Shown piece after piece: positions 35,779 through 49,075 of a DNA stretch of 64,000 nt. Source of the stretch: the human T2T-CHM13v2.0 reference genome, Homo sapiens. The stretch lies in the NCBI RefSeq assembly GCF_009914755.1, contig NC_060928.1. The stretch is one strand, 5' to 3'. How positions within the stretch are numbered: the stretch's first letter is position 1; each line of letters starts with the position of its first letter. The translations under genes were made by a program, and so were the position numbers. A model generated the notes under the pieces. It worked only from the letters and a program-made list of their open reading frames with translations, searched no databases and was not told the DNA's origin.

Positions 35779-37648
35779 TTAAAAATTAAATTTTAGGCAA
35801 GAATATTCTAAAATTTATATGGAAAAACAAATAAATTAGAATAGCTAATGCAATTTTGAAAAAAGAATAAAATGGGAGGAATCAGTCCACCAGATTTCAA
35901 GACTTACTAGATAGCTACAGTAATCAAGGCTATGTAATAATAGCATAAGGATAGACACATATATCAATGGAACAGACTGGAAAATCCAGAAACAGACTTA
36001 CACAAACATGTTCAACTCACTTTTGACAAAGGTACAAAAGCAAATCAATGGAGAAAAGATGGCTTTTTCAACAAATGGTGGTGGCACAATTGGACATGCA
36101 TTGCTATAAAAATTAACTTCAACTTAAGACTCATATCTTATACAAGAATTAACTAAAATTGAATATGAAATTAAACTTGAAACCTTCCAACTCAGAAAAA
36201 AAAAAGCATAGAAGAAAATCTTTGGGATCTAGGCGTAGGAAAGAGTTTTTAGACATGATACCAAAAACACACCCATAAAAGAAAAATTGATGAATTTGAC
36301 TTCATCAGAATTTAAAACTTTTGCTCCATGAAAAACTCTGATTAGAGAATGAAAATGTCAGCTAATGATGGGAGAATATATTCGCAAACCACATATTCAA
36401 GAGTATAGAATATATAAGGAACTCAAAACTCAATAGTAAGAAAGCATACAATCCAATTAGAACGTGGATGAAATACACGAAGAGATACTTCATTGAAGAA
36501 GATAAACAAATTGCACATGAAAATATGCTTAACATCATTAGCCATTAGGGCAATGCAAATTAAAGTCATAGTGAGATGCATCAAATTAAAATAAAAAAAT
36601 AGCAACTCCAAATGCTGGTGAGGATGCAGAGGAACAGGATCATTGACATATTCCTGATGCATATGGAAAAGTATGTAATTACTTATGAAAACTGTTAAGA
36701 AACTAAATATGGAGCTGCCATACCCAGCCATTTTCTCCTGAGCATTTTCCCCAGAGAAATGATACTTTCATTCACACAGAAACTTGCTCATGAATGTTTA
36801 TAGGAGCTTTATTTGTAATACTCCAAAACTGGAAAAAACCCAGCTACCTTCAATTGGTGAATGGTTAAAGAGAGTGATGCATTCATATGGTGATAAACTA
36901 TTACTCAGCAATAAAAAGGCACAAACTACAAATAGACAAAGAATTATGATGGGTGAAAAAAGCCAATCCCCAAATATTACATACTTTATGATTCCATATA
37001 CGCAATATCCTTGAAATGATGAAATTACACAAGTGGAGAACAGACTAGTGGTTATCAGGAATTAAGGAGAAGATAGGGTGGGAGGAAAATGAATATGGTT
37101 ATAAAAGTGAAACATGAAAAATCTTTGTGGTAATGAAACAATATGTAGCTTGACTTTATTGATGTCAAGGTCCTAGTTGTAACATTGTACTATAGTTTTA
37201 CACAAATGCTACCATTGCAGGCAAATGCATAAAGAGTACACAGGATCTCTCTGTGCTATTTCTTACAACTGCATGTCAATCTACAATTATCTCAAAATAA
37301 AAAGTTTAAGTTAAAAAGTTAGCATACTTCAATCTCCAGATCTAAAAACTGAGTGAACTCAAAGCAGGATAAATACAAAGAAAACCAAGCCACAAATCAT
37401 AGTCAGCTATTTGATTGAAAACCAGAGATTAAGAATGAAAATTAAAAGCAGCCAGAGGAAAAAAAAATCCACTGAAAACATATTACCACAAATTGAATCA
37501 CAACTAACTTCTCACCAGAAATATGTAAGCTTAAAGACAATGAAATGATATCTTTTATGTGTTAAAAAAAATGGGCCAACAGAATTCTGTATCTAGCAAA
37601 AACATCTTTTAAAAGGAAAGCAGAATTCTGCCCTTCGAGTGAAGGTGG

Positions 37649-38446
37649 TGTGATAGGCAGAATTCTATCATGAACCCAATAATCTCGGTCCCACGGTGTT
37701 ATTGTCCATATTGTCTCCTTCCTTTGGGTGCCCAGAGGTGATGCTAGTGGCTAAGGAGTCAGGTGCTTGTGTGTAGATGAGTTCATGGGGCGCTTTCCGA
37801 AGGCAGGTTTCTACATTTATAAACAGTGAGCTACACCCTTGCCTAATCCTCTTGCCTTGAATATGACTGAAGTCTGTGACTTTTTACTAGCTAATAGATA
37901 TGGCAAAGGTGATGGGATGCCCCTACTGAGATTAGATTACTGTGTGTGTATGTGCTTATAAACATACATATATATGTTTGCATACATGCATACACATATA
38001 TCTCTCAATGGTCTCTCTCTCTTTCTCTCTCTACTCTCTCTCTCTCTCCTAGTGTGCATGAGAGAGACTCTTCTTTTTGGCCTTAAAGAAGCAAACTGCC
38101 ACATTGAGAACTGCCTATGGAGAGACCTACATGGCAGCAAACTGCCTATGGCCTCTAGAAAATGGAAACTTCAGTCCTACAAACTCAGGCATCTGAATTC
38201 TGCCAACAGTTACCTAAGCTTGGAAGAGGATCCTGAGCTCCATTAGAAGACATGAACCAGGCAATACCTCAATTACGGCTTTGTGGGACCCAACTAAGAC
38301 ATGCCCAAACTCCTGATGCACAGAAACTTTGAGATAATAAATGTGTAGGGTTTCTTTCAAGATGGCTGAATAGGAGATAATAAATGTGTGTTGTTTTAGT
38401 TGGCCAAATTGTGGTATTTGTTATAGAACAATAGGTAACTAACACA
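37649..38446 (+). mobile_element. MLT1E-like LTR
   Basis: TGTGATAGGCAGAATTCTA...ATATGGCAAAGGTGATGGGATG...GTAACTAACACA; perfect TSD GGTGG at 37644-48 and 38447-51. Confidence 0.8.
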
Positions 38447-38494
38447 GGTGGAGAGATTTGATTGGAATAGCCTTCCTTCATATAACAATTATAT

Positions 38495-38757
38495 TGGGAG
38501 GCCGAGGCAGGTGGATCACCTGAGGTCAGGAGTTTGGGACCAACCTGGCCAACATGGTGAAACCCTGTCTCTACTAAAAATATAAAAATCAGCCCAGTGT
38601 GGTGGTGTGTGCCTGTAATCCCAGCTACTTGGGAGTCTGAGGCAGGGAGAATCGCTTGAACCCAGGAGGCAGAGGTTGCAGTGAGCCAAGATTTTACCAT
38701 TTGCACTCTAGCCTAGGCAACAGAGTGAGACTCCATCTCAAAAAAAAAAAAAAAAAA
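38495..38757 (+). mobile_element. AluS, 5'-truncated
   Basis: Starts at TGGGAGGCCGAGGCAGG and ends in poly(A). Confidence 0.9.
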
Positions 38758-40818
38758 TTATAAAACCTAGACAAAATATTTTTTTAATCACCATAAAACA
38801 AGCTAACTATACCTCAAAGCATTGATATCTACAAAGTATGTTTTCTGACCACAATGATATTTAGTTAGAAATAATACCAATAAGACAATGAGAAAAAATG
38901 CCTTATATTTGGAAATTAAACAGTGTATTTCTAAATGATCCATGAGTCAAAAATAAATCAAAAATGAAATCAGAAACTATTTTAAACTGAATGAGGTTAG
39001 AATATAACATATCAAAAATTATAGGAGGCAGTTTGCAATGAAATTATATCTGATACTCTTGTAGAAGAAGAAAATTTAAAATCAATTATCTAATTTTTAA
39101 ACTTAAAAAGCTAGAAAAAGAGGACCAAAGCACACCCCAAGAAAGAAGAATGGAAAGATCACTGTAGAAATCAGTAAAGTGAAAAACAAACATGCTAGGG
39201 AGAACAACTTTAAAAATTTAAAAATCAAAATATATTTCCTTAAAAAGGTTAATAAAATTGATAAACCCCTAAGAGCAAATCAATAATAAGAAGAAAAATA
39301 TATTATAGAGGAGAAGAGATCCCTAAAGATCCTACACACATGGAAAGGATAATAAGGAACTATTTTGAACAGCATAATGTCAATAAATGCAGCAACATAG
39401 ACGAAATAGATGAATCCCTTAAAAATACAACTTAACAAAACTGACAAAAGCTAAACTACAAAAAGACTCATATTTATTAAAGTAATTGAATTAGTTATGA
39501 AAAACCTTTTCACACAGAAATATCCAGGTGCATGTGAATTCTATCAAAAAAAATAAAGCTACTACTCCTTAAAGAAGAAATAATAAAAATTCTATGGAAA
39601 CTCTTTCAAGTGAAAGAAGAGAATGGGACATGTAATCTACTTATTTTATGATAATAGCATTATGCTGATACCAAACCTGACAAAGGCTTTACAAGAAAAT
39701 AATATATACACCAATATCCCTTATAAAATTGACTCAAACATACTTAGAAAATATTAGAAAACTGAATGTAGCAATATACTAAAAGAATAATACATCATGA
39801 CTAAGTAGGATTTAACATTTGAAAATTAATCAAAATAACTCATATTTCTACAGAATAAAGAAAAACCAACTCAACTCAATGGTCAGCTCAATAAATGCAT
39901 AACATTCTATTCCCATTCATAATAATAACTCTTGGAAAACTAGGATCAGAAGGAAGATTCTTCAATCTTATAAAAGGCAACTATGAAAAACCTACAGCTG
40001 GCATCACACTTAGTAGTGAAATATTAAATTATTTTACCATAAGATTAGGAGCAAAGCAAGATGACTCACTCTTACCACTTATGTTCAGCATTACACTGGA
40101 GGCCCTAACCAGCTTAATAAGGCAAGAAAAAGAAATAAAATGCATGAAGATTTGAAATTAAAAAGTCAAACTTTTCTATGTATAAGCAATATAGAAAATC
40201 ATAAGGCGCCAACTCCTCTCTCCCTCAAAAAATCTATGGGAACTATTAAGAGAGTTTAGCAGTATCTCAGGATACATCAAGGCCAACATCCAACTATTAA
40301 TTACAATTTTATGTACTATCAGCCAACAATTAGAAAACAAAACAAAAGAATATATAAAATTCCATTTACAATAGTGTCATAAAGCGTTAAAAAAATTGGG
40401 AACAAATTTAACCAAAGATAGACAAGATTTCTCTTCTCAAAGCTACAAATCTCCAGAGAGAAATTTGAAAAGGCCTAAATATATGAGGAAATATGCTGTC
40501 TTTATAGGTAAAAAGACTTAACATTATTAAGATATCAATTCCGCAGAATTTAATTCAATACCATCGAAATAATAATCCCACCAGGATTTTTAAATAGAAA
40601 TTTGCATGCTGTGTCTATAATTCTTATGAAAATGTAAAGAACCTGGAATAATCAAATGAATCTTCAAAAAGAATAAAATTGGAGGGCTTACACTATGTGA
40701 CTTTAAGATTAGTGTAGTGCTAAATCACGAAGAGAGTGTGGTATTTGCATAGGTATAGACAAATCAATCAACAGGACAAAATGCAGTCCAGAAATAAATC
40801 CTTTTGTATGATCAATTG

Positions 40819-41149
40819 TTTGTTTCTTTTTGTTTTTTTGGTTTTTGTCTGTTCATTTGTTTCTGAGACAGGGTCTTACTCCAGCACCCAGGCTGGAGTT
40901 CAGTGGCATGATCACGGCTCACTAAAGCCTTGACTTCATGGGCTCAGTGACCCTTCCACCTCAGCAGCTGAGACTACAGGTGCACACCACCACGCCCAGC
41001 TGATTCTTGTTTTTTTTTTTTTTTTTTTTCGTAAAGATGGGGTTTCGCCATGTTGTCCAGGCTGTTCTCTCACTCCTGAGCTCAAGCAATCAGCCCACCT
41101 CAGCCTCCCAAAGTGCTGGGTTTACAGGCGTGAGCCACTGCACCCAGAC
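40819..41149 (-). mobile_element. AluJ-like
   Basis: J diagnostics CTCCTGAGCTCAAGCAATC and GGGCTCAGTGA; imperfect TSD ...TGATCAATTG. Confidence 0.8.
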
Positions 41150-41531
41150 TTTATGTGATCAATTGATTTTCATTGAAAGTACAAAGCAGTTCAATAGGGA
41201 AAGGAAAGTCCATTCAACAAATGAGGCTGGAACTAATAGATATCCATAGAAGCCTAGATTCTTACCTCATGCTATATACAAAATTAATGTGAGATAGATT
41301 ATAGATCCAAACATATTAATAAAAGCCAAAAAGATAAATCTTCTAATAGAAAACATAGAAGAAAATCTTCACAACCTTGTGATAAGCAAAGATTTTCTGG
41401 AAAAAGGCAGAAGTCACAAACCATTAAAGAAAAAATAATAATAAATTATACGTCATCAGAATAAAAATCTTCTATTCATCAGAAGATACTATTTCAAAAA
41501 GTTAAGTCATAGAGAAAAATAATTGGGTGAG

Positions 41532-41715
41532 TATATATGTATATATGAGATATATACATACACACATATATACACATATGTATACATATATACATACATA
41601 TATCTATATACACATATATAGATATATATGTATACATATATACATACATACAGATATATATACACACATATATACACACATATATATGTGTGTGCGTGTA
41701 TATATATATATATAC
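41532..41715. repeat. Degenerate (TA/CA)n microsatellite, about 180 bp
   Basis: Directly visible. Confidence 0.9.
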
Positions 41716-41720
41716 ACTCA

Positions 41721-42030
41721 CAGTCATCCTTTGGTATTCATGGGGGACTGGTTCCAGGACCCGCTTATGACGCCAAAATTTAAGGATGGTCAAGTCCCTG
41801 ATATAAAATGGTATAATATATGTATATAATCTGTGTACGTTCTCCTGTATACTTTAAATCATCTCTAGATTACTTGTAATATTTAGCACAATGTAAATTC
41901 TCTGTAAATAGTTGTTATATTGTATTATTTCAGCAATAATGACGAGAAAAAGTCTGTACATGTTCAGTACAGATGCATTTTTTTAATATTTTTGATCCAT
42001 GAATGGTTGAATTTATGAATGTAGAATTAT
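41721..42030 (+). mobile_element. MER2 (TcMar-Tigger) element
   Basis: CAGTCATCCTTTGGTATTCATGGGGGACTGGTTCCAGGACCC...TTTAAATCATCTCTAGATTAC...GTCTGTACATGTTCAGTACAGA. Confidence 0.85.
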
Positions 42031-42644
42031 ATGTCTATAAAATACAGATTTGATATAGGAGTCCCATTTAGAATATACAAACTCAATAATGGAAAAAAAT
42101 TAATGGGCAAAAGACATGAACAAACATTTCACCAAAAAGGATATAGAAATGTCCTATAAGCATGTGAAAAAATGCTCAACTGATATTAGGAAACACATAA
42201 ATGAAAATTAAAATTATAATGAGATACCACTGCACAAGAATGGCTAAAGTTAAATCAACTGATAACATGACAGGATGAGGATGAAGGTGAAGATGAAAAG
42301 CAACTAAAACACTCAAACACTCCTGGTGTCAATGTTAAAAGTAACCACTTATAAAACTTAAAAATTCACTTATTTATTGATCTAGCAATTCCACTCCCTG
42401 GTTTTTGTACAAGAGAAATAAAGTCAACTGTCCACCAAAACTTACAAAAAAAAAAGTCCATAGCAGCCTTATTCTTAATTGCTAAAAACTTGAAACAACC
42501 CAAATATTCATCAATGAAAGAATGAATGTAAATTTTGTGCTAAATTTCTACAGTGGCACATGAGTACACAGTAAAAAGGAACAAACTACTGATAGAAACA
42601 ACACAGATAAATTTTACACACATTATGTTGAGAAAAAAAAAGCC

Positions 42645-42688
<44 letters not shown>

Positions 42689-43724
42689 TGTACTGTATAA
42701 TTACATTTATATAAAATACAAGAAAATGATAAAAGGAATCTTTGTGATAGAAGTTTAAAAGTGGTTGATTGAACCAGACATTTAAAATCTGTGTAATTTA
42801 TCGTCTGTAAATGATACCTCAATTAAAAAGAAGCCAAAATAAGATAAAATTTTCGATGGACTATATTTTATATTTTCTCCAACATAATGTTTTATGTCAT
42901 TGTGTTGCTAATAGCTTAAGCATAATCTATTTGAAATCGCTAACAATAATTGATGAAAATTTATTTTTCAAATTGTCTTGGTGGTTGCAATTTTATCTCC
43001 ACCACCCTCCCTTCTTGTCTGATGGGAATAGATTGTCACTGTTTTGAGGAGGAGGTGAAATGCTGCCTCTGCCTCCTTGGGGTTTTTTGTGTGTGTGCTT
43101 GCTTTCATAGTATTGTCTTCAGTACAAGTTAGTTTCTTTACAGGAATTTTTTCAAGGGGCTTGCTCATTTTTGTGAAGTTTAATATAGTTAAAAGCAATT
43201 TAAATGACTATAATATTAATACAACTGAGCACAGGAAACCCCCAGTGAGTCAGAATGTGGCAAAAACAACAAATAAGTGAGGGTCTTGTCAAACTGTTTT
43301 GTTGTGAACCCCTGCATCTCCCCATGGGGACACCTCTCCAAGTATTAGTGACAGTGAGAGACCTCTACCTGTCTCACACAGGTACCTACTGAGGACTCTA
43401 GTACTAAAGAGTATATTAAAAATGAGCAAAGTTTATTTCATTCTTAGAAAAATAAATATACATCAAGGGTCTTCCTATACCCAGTGAGCCACCTATGTGT
43501 CCACTTCGGTACCCCGCTGTGTCTTCTCACCTGTTCCCCTCTTTATGACTATTTAGCTTTCAGGTCTCAGATGCCACTTCTCTGGCAAATTTCTCTGACC
43601 TTTTAGAACTGAGTTAGGTGCCTAAGAGCCTTTGTACATGAAAGCAGGCCATTCTGTGATTCAGACAACAAGGGAAGTATCTCCTTAAAATATTCTTTCC
43701 TTACTCAAGAAATTGATATTGCTA

Positions 43725-44320
43725 ATTATGTGCTAGGGACTGCTATAGGCACTGGAGATTCACTAGTGAACCAAAACATCAATAGTCCCCTGCCCTCATA
43801 GAGTTGAAGTTCTGGTGGAGCAGACAATTAAAGAATAGGTGACTTGGTGATAAGTATAAAGGAGAAAAAATAAACAAGAAAAGCAGGTATGAAATACCAG
43901 ATTGTATGGGGTTGACAGTGAACATTTAGTGGCCAAGGAGCACCCCACTCAGAATGTGACCTTGAGCCAAGAACCAAAGGAGCCCATGTGAATATCTTCA
44001 GGAAAATTCCAAGAAGAGGAAGGCTCGGTCTTGCTGAGGGAGAAAGGACAAAAGCAGGAAGAGAAGTGGACAGGTACAAGATCTTTTCTGGAGTCAGTAT
44101 CCATGAATCTTTCTTGCTTGGGTTAGCTGCGAGGAATACCAGGATAAGGAAAAGGAGGGCTCAAGGAAGACTTCCAAGTGTCTGCTTTCAGCTAGTAGGT
44201 AAATAATGGTGCCACTTACGAAAATAGGAGACAGTGGAGGAAGAGCAGGTGAAGTGGGGTGGCACACTGGGTCAAGAGGTCATATTTGATACGATAAATT
44301 TGAATTATTAGGTATATAGT
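43725..44320 (-). mobile_element. L2 LINE fragment
   Basis: ATGTGCTAGGGACTGCTATAGGCACTGGAGAT...CCCTGCCCTCATAGAGTTGAAGTTCTGGTGG. Confidence 0.65.
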
Positions 44321-44372
44321 GCTCACCTATTTTAAATTTGAGGGTACGCAGGCTCAGAGAGCATAATTTACT

Positions 44373-44772
44373 TGTGATAGCAGGCTGTGCTTGCTGCCTC
44401 TTTGTAATGTGATTTTTCAAAACATCCAATCAAGACCAGTTTATTTTTGTGCCCCTTGAATGTGAGCTTAGATGTGTGACCTGCTTTGGCCACAGAGGAC
44501 ATGAGCAAATGTGACATGAGCTGAGGCATAAAATGGCTGGACAATCCCATGACCACCACCATGGAGAACAAGCTGGGGCTAACTGGCTGGGTGATGAGAG
44601 TCACGTGGCCAAGGTCCTCCAGGTGACATCATTCCAACAGCCAGACACATGAGCGAGGCTACCCTGAATAATCCAGCTCCATTAGAGCCATCCCAGAATG
44701 TGAGAAATAAAAAAAAAAAAAAAACAATTCATTTGTATTATTAAATCTCATAAGCAAAACCTAACTGATACA
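44373..44772 (+). mobile_element. Old MLT1 (G/H-like) LTR
   Basis: CCCCTTGAATGTGAGC...TGTGACCTGCTTTGGCC...CTAACTGATACA. Confidence 0.6.
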
Positions 44773-45714
44773 CTTGCATGAGACTCAGAAAGGATGAGTG
44801 GCCATGTCAGGAACTGGCCTTCCTTCTTCTAAGTTAACTGCTTTTCCAATACTCCAAGGTAAGACCATTTATATATTAGTTAGCAGAATCAGAACCAGGA
44901 GCACCCTAAGGCTGTGTCCCCTAAGCTGCTGTCTTAAAGCAACTGTGCTTTAAAACCTACTCTATTTGTTAATGTTCAACATGCCTCTCTCATTCTCTCT
45001 CTCTCCCTGCCACCCCCCCGCCCCTCCCCAACCCCCTTGATCAGACAATGTTGCTGTAAAAGCAACCAACAGAAATCCAATTCAGTCTCTGGGGAAATTT
45101 ATAGAAAAAAAAAAATCTTGCTATGCCAGTGCTTTTTCCATGGCAATATGAAGCATATGGGATCTCAGAAGAAGCATCTATCACAATATGTTGCATTGCA
45201 GTGCAGGAATTGGCATTTTCTCCAATTCCTCAAAGCATAGTTAAGAGCAAAATAAATGTAAAGATATGAGGTTCAGGCTATTGCTGACATGCTCTCCCTT
45301 TCAAAGCATTGTAGTGGTATAGGAGAAGAAAAAGAAAAATCATAAACTAAAGCCCCCCAATGTAGCTAACTTTCAGTCCCAGAAGTCTCTGAACTAAAAC
45401 TGAAACCCAAAGCATATTCAAAGTTGTAAATAGGATCAAGGAGTTCAGCCACTGCAGCCCAAATTACACACAAGGATGACAGGATAACATTCTGGGGCCC
45501 TAGATAGAATGGAAAAGAGGATACAACTACCCAGCCTGGCCTGAAAAATGCAGAGTCCAGAGCTCTACTCCTGCCTTCCTACCATGTTCCTGCATGACTC
45601 TGGATAAGTCATGTCATAACCAGAGAGGTATGACCCTAAGAGTCATCATTCACCAGGAACACTTTAGCACAGGAATCACTGTTTAAACCTAAGGGTGAGC
45701 AGGTTCAGGACTAG

Positions 45715-46241
45715 GGATGGCGCTCCAGACACAATCCCCCAAGACATGGCACCTTGACATCGGAGAGAACAGCAGAAGCAGGGAGGTCACTCTGACCCTT
45801 TCCTGCCTTTCTTCCCTGAAGCGTGCCATAAAAGGATTCTCTGACCTTCCTCTGAAATAGATCACAAGACCCTCATGTGAGAGGTGCCCTCCCTATACCT
45901 GGAGGACGGGAACATCCTTCCCTCTGAAGTCACAGGGACGCAGAGAAAAATCTGAACCAACAGACCTTTCTAAGTTCTCCCCAGTTTGTTACTGTTAAAC
46001 CATACTCCTTTTGTCCAATTATATTTCTCCACAACTTGTCCACTCTCCATCAAATCAAAGCATAAAAATACACAGGTTTCGTTGTTTCTTTGATCTTCAT
46101 TTCTGAAGGCTCCTGTGACATGTAAGACTTATTAAATACATTTGTGTGATTTTTCTCGTGTTAATCTGTTTTTATTTTTTAATAGGGGCCTCGGCCACAA
46201 ACCTAGTGATGGGTGAGGAAAGAAATGTTTCCTGCCCTACA
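45715..46241 (+). mobile_element. MER39-family LTR
   Basis: ATGGCACCTTG...AACAGCAGAAGCAGGGAGGTCACTCT...CCTGCCCTACA; TSD CTAG. Confidence 0.75.
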
Positions 46242-46685
46242 CTAGGAAGGGTCTCCTGGACTACTGAGAACAGAAGGAACTGGGGCATCCTGAGTTAGCC
46301 AGGGAACAAAAGGAGCATGATGTTGGGTGCTTGGAGTTTAGATGCCGAGAAGGAGTAGGGCTGTGGAATACGGAGGGGAGCTTTACTGCAGGTTGCACCA
46401 CTTAGCAGTGGGTGCCTCTCATTATATCCACATCCCCAGTGCCAGGTCCTTTTAACTCATGCCATTTGATTAAACCTGGCCATAACAGTGGGGTTAAGGG
46501 TGACTACTGGAGCCCTTGTAGTATCAGTGAGGAAACTGAGATGAAAGGAGTTACATGACTTATCCCAGTCCCATGGCCAGTAAGTGATGCAGCTTAGACG
46601 TAAACCCAGGTCTTTTGGTCTCTGAATCCCGTGCTTTTATCATTTTAATCTTCCTGGAATATAAAACTTCAAAATAATGCTTATG

Positions 46686-46804
46686 CACGAGAATTGCTTG
46701 AACCAGGGAGGCAGAGGTTGCAGTGAGCTGAGATTCTGCCACTGTACTCCAGCCTGGGGAGCAGAGCAAGACTCTGTCTCAATAATAACAATAAAAAAAA
46801 TAAT
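46686..46804 (+). mobile_element. Heavily 5'-truncated Alu (right-arm end)
   Basis: GAGAATTGCTTGAACC...GACTCTGTCTC plus tail; TSD AATAATGC(T/C)TATG. Confidence 0.8.
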
Positions 46805-46944
46805 AATAATGCCTATGAACATATTCCAGAATATTATAGAACAGATAACTTCGTGCTCACTGGCAGAAAAATAAACTATAGTTCATTATAATACATAATT
46901 TTAAGTGATGAAATGAATTATTTCTGTTTTTGCTCCTGTAAATG

Positions 46945-47745
46945 GATTTAATGTAAGTTTTACATGACACAGGAGCCTATATAAGTGACTGAAGACTCAC
47001 ACAAACAGGAAAACCTGTGTATTTTTATGTTAAGTTTGATGAAAAGAAGAAAGTCATGGAGAAATTTAACTGGAAACAGAGGATTCCATCTAGTGGTAAT
47101 AAACTGGGGCAAGGGAGAGGGCTTAGCACGGCCTGTTTGTTCAGATTCTTCTGTGTCCTGTGTCTTCAGAGATAAGGATGTTTCTTGTTTCCAAGTATAG
47201 AGGAGGCCCCTCTGGAATGAGGATTTTACGACCTATAGCAGGGCAGGAGAACATCAGGGTTTATGACCTGCTTCGTGGGAGAAAAGTGAGGGGAAGGGGA
47301 GAGTGACTGATATGGTTTGGCTGTGACCTCACCAAAATTTCATCTTGAATTGTAGTTTCCATAATCCCCACATGTCATGGGAGGGACCCAATGGGAGGTA
47401 ATGGAATCAAGGGGGTTGGTTTTTCCCGTGTTCTCGTGATAGCAAATGAGTCTCATGAGATCTGATAGTTTTACAAAGGGCAGTTCCCCTGCACACACTC
47501 TCTTGCCTGTCATCATCTAAGACATGACTTTGCTCCTCCTTTACCTTCTGCCATGATTGTGCGGCCTCCCCAGCCATGTGGAACTGTGAGTCCATTAAAC
47601 CTCTTTTTCTTTATAAATTGCCTGGTCTTGGGTATGTCTTTATTAGCAGTGTGAGAACAGACTAATACAGTGATCTTCCTGCTTCTGCTGTTTCCTGCAA
47701 TGCCAAGGTGCTATATTTTGGGGTAATGTGTCCTGAATCTCATTA
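46945..47745 (-). mobile_element. MER39-family LTR split by THE1
   Basis: Reverse-complement similarity to 45715-46241 (CTTCCTGCTTCTGCTGTT, GCCAAGGTGCTATATTTTGGGG, CCTGTGTATTTTTATG). Confidence 0.75.
47308..47669 (+). mobile_element. THE1 (THE1C-like) solo LTR
   Basis: TGATATGGTTTGGCTGTG...CAGACTAATACA; TSD GTGAC/GTGAT. Confidence 0.9.
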
Positions 47746-48849
47746 CTTCCTTCAAATGAGTCTCACACGGTTTGCCTTTCCTCTCCTAATCCTGTTATTA
47801 AGAGTGGGAGAAGCAAAATAGTAGTGCTTGGGAGTGCAAGGGCCAAGAATATTAGATTCTGCTTGGTCATCACAGTATTAAACATCTTCACAATGCATGG
47901 AACACACCGCCTTACTGCATCCCAGTAATCTCCAAGATTCTATACACTGGGAGAGAGGAAGAACCCAGAAATGGCTCTGGGATTGGAAATAATTTTACAG
48001 AGAAGCCCGTCCCTGCCTTTAAATCACTTAATCAAAGTTATTTTCCTAAAATTGTAATTAATATTTGAAATTAGATTATTTAATTCCACTTGTGTGTGTG
48101 TTTTATGTGCCTCAAATTAAATTAAAATCAACAGAAACATTTCTTGAAATGGAAAGGCTAGAAAGCCAAGAATTTTTCCAAGCTAAAATAGTTATTTAAT
48201 TTGTATCCTCTAGGTGGGACCCATATACAAGACGACCAATGAGATAAAAGCACTGATGGTTATTAAAGCCCAATCCAGATATAAAGAGCATTCCCTACTA
48301 TGTGTCAGGCATCCTGCTGGATGCTGGCAAGGTAGGCAGGATGGAGGGTTGTTAAACGAGGAAGTGGCTGCCAGGAGTTTCTGGAACAGATAAGCATATA
48401 AATATCACATGAGTTTAGTGGCAGGTCCTAAGAAATGTTTTACTAGGGAGTTTTTAAAAGGAAAAACATAGCGAACCCCACCTTCACCACTTAACAGACC
48501 TGCAACTTCAAGCAACTTACCCTCCCTCGGGCTCAGTTTCCTCCTCTGAACATTGGGGATAATGTTTCTCACTTGGCAGGGGAATTTGAGGAAATGAGAT
48601 CATGCTGTTTCCCAAACTCACCTCTTCTTAAGGATCATTTGGAGGAGCCTGTCCAAATATAAATTCTCAGAACACTTTCTGGAACTTTCTGGGGCCAGGA
48701 TTCTGCTTTCAACAAGCATCCCAGCAGGGACATAACCAAGGAAAGGGGTTAAGGCTTTGTCCCAATTCCCTTCACCCAGTTCCACCCCGATCACTCCAAA
48801 TCCACATGCACTATTTTACTTCTTTTTATTTATTCTTATTTTTAACTCT

Positions 48850-49075
48850 TCACTATGAAATTATTTTAGACTTGCAAATATTTGTAAAAATAGTATAATG
48901 AATTGCCTTATACTCCTCACTCAGCTTCCTCAAATACTAAAAGCTTACATATCCACAATTCAATGATCAAAATCAGGATGTTAACATTAATACAATATCA
49001 TTAATTAACAAACCTTATTTAAATATCACCCAATGTTCCACTAATGTCTTTTTCTGGTCAAGGATCCAAGCCAGG
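48850..49075 (-). mobile_element. Old L1MC-type 3'UTR fragment
   Basis: TCACTCAGCTTCC...GATCAAAATCAGGATGTTAACATT...CCACTAATGTCTTTT. Confidence 0.55.

Larger units (their letters stand above)
37330..42840 (+). mobile_element. Second old L1M relic (ORF1 end, ORF2, 3'UTR), interrupted by MLT1E, Alus, MER2 and microsatellites
   Basis: ORF 39895..40155 (YEKPTAGITL...[15 protein letters not shown]) is homologous to ORF2p RT; TTCTGACCACAATG is the SDH region; 3' end ...GATACCTCAATTAAAAA. Confidence 0.8.
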
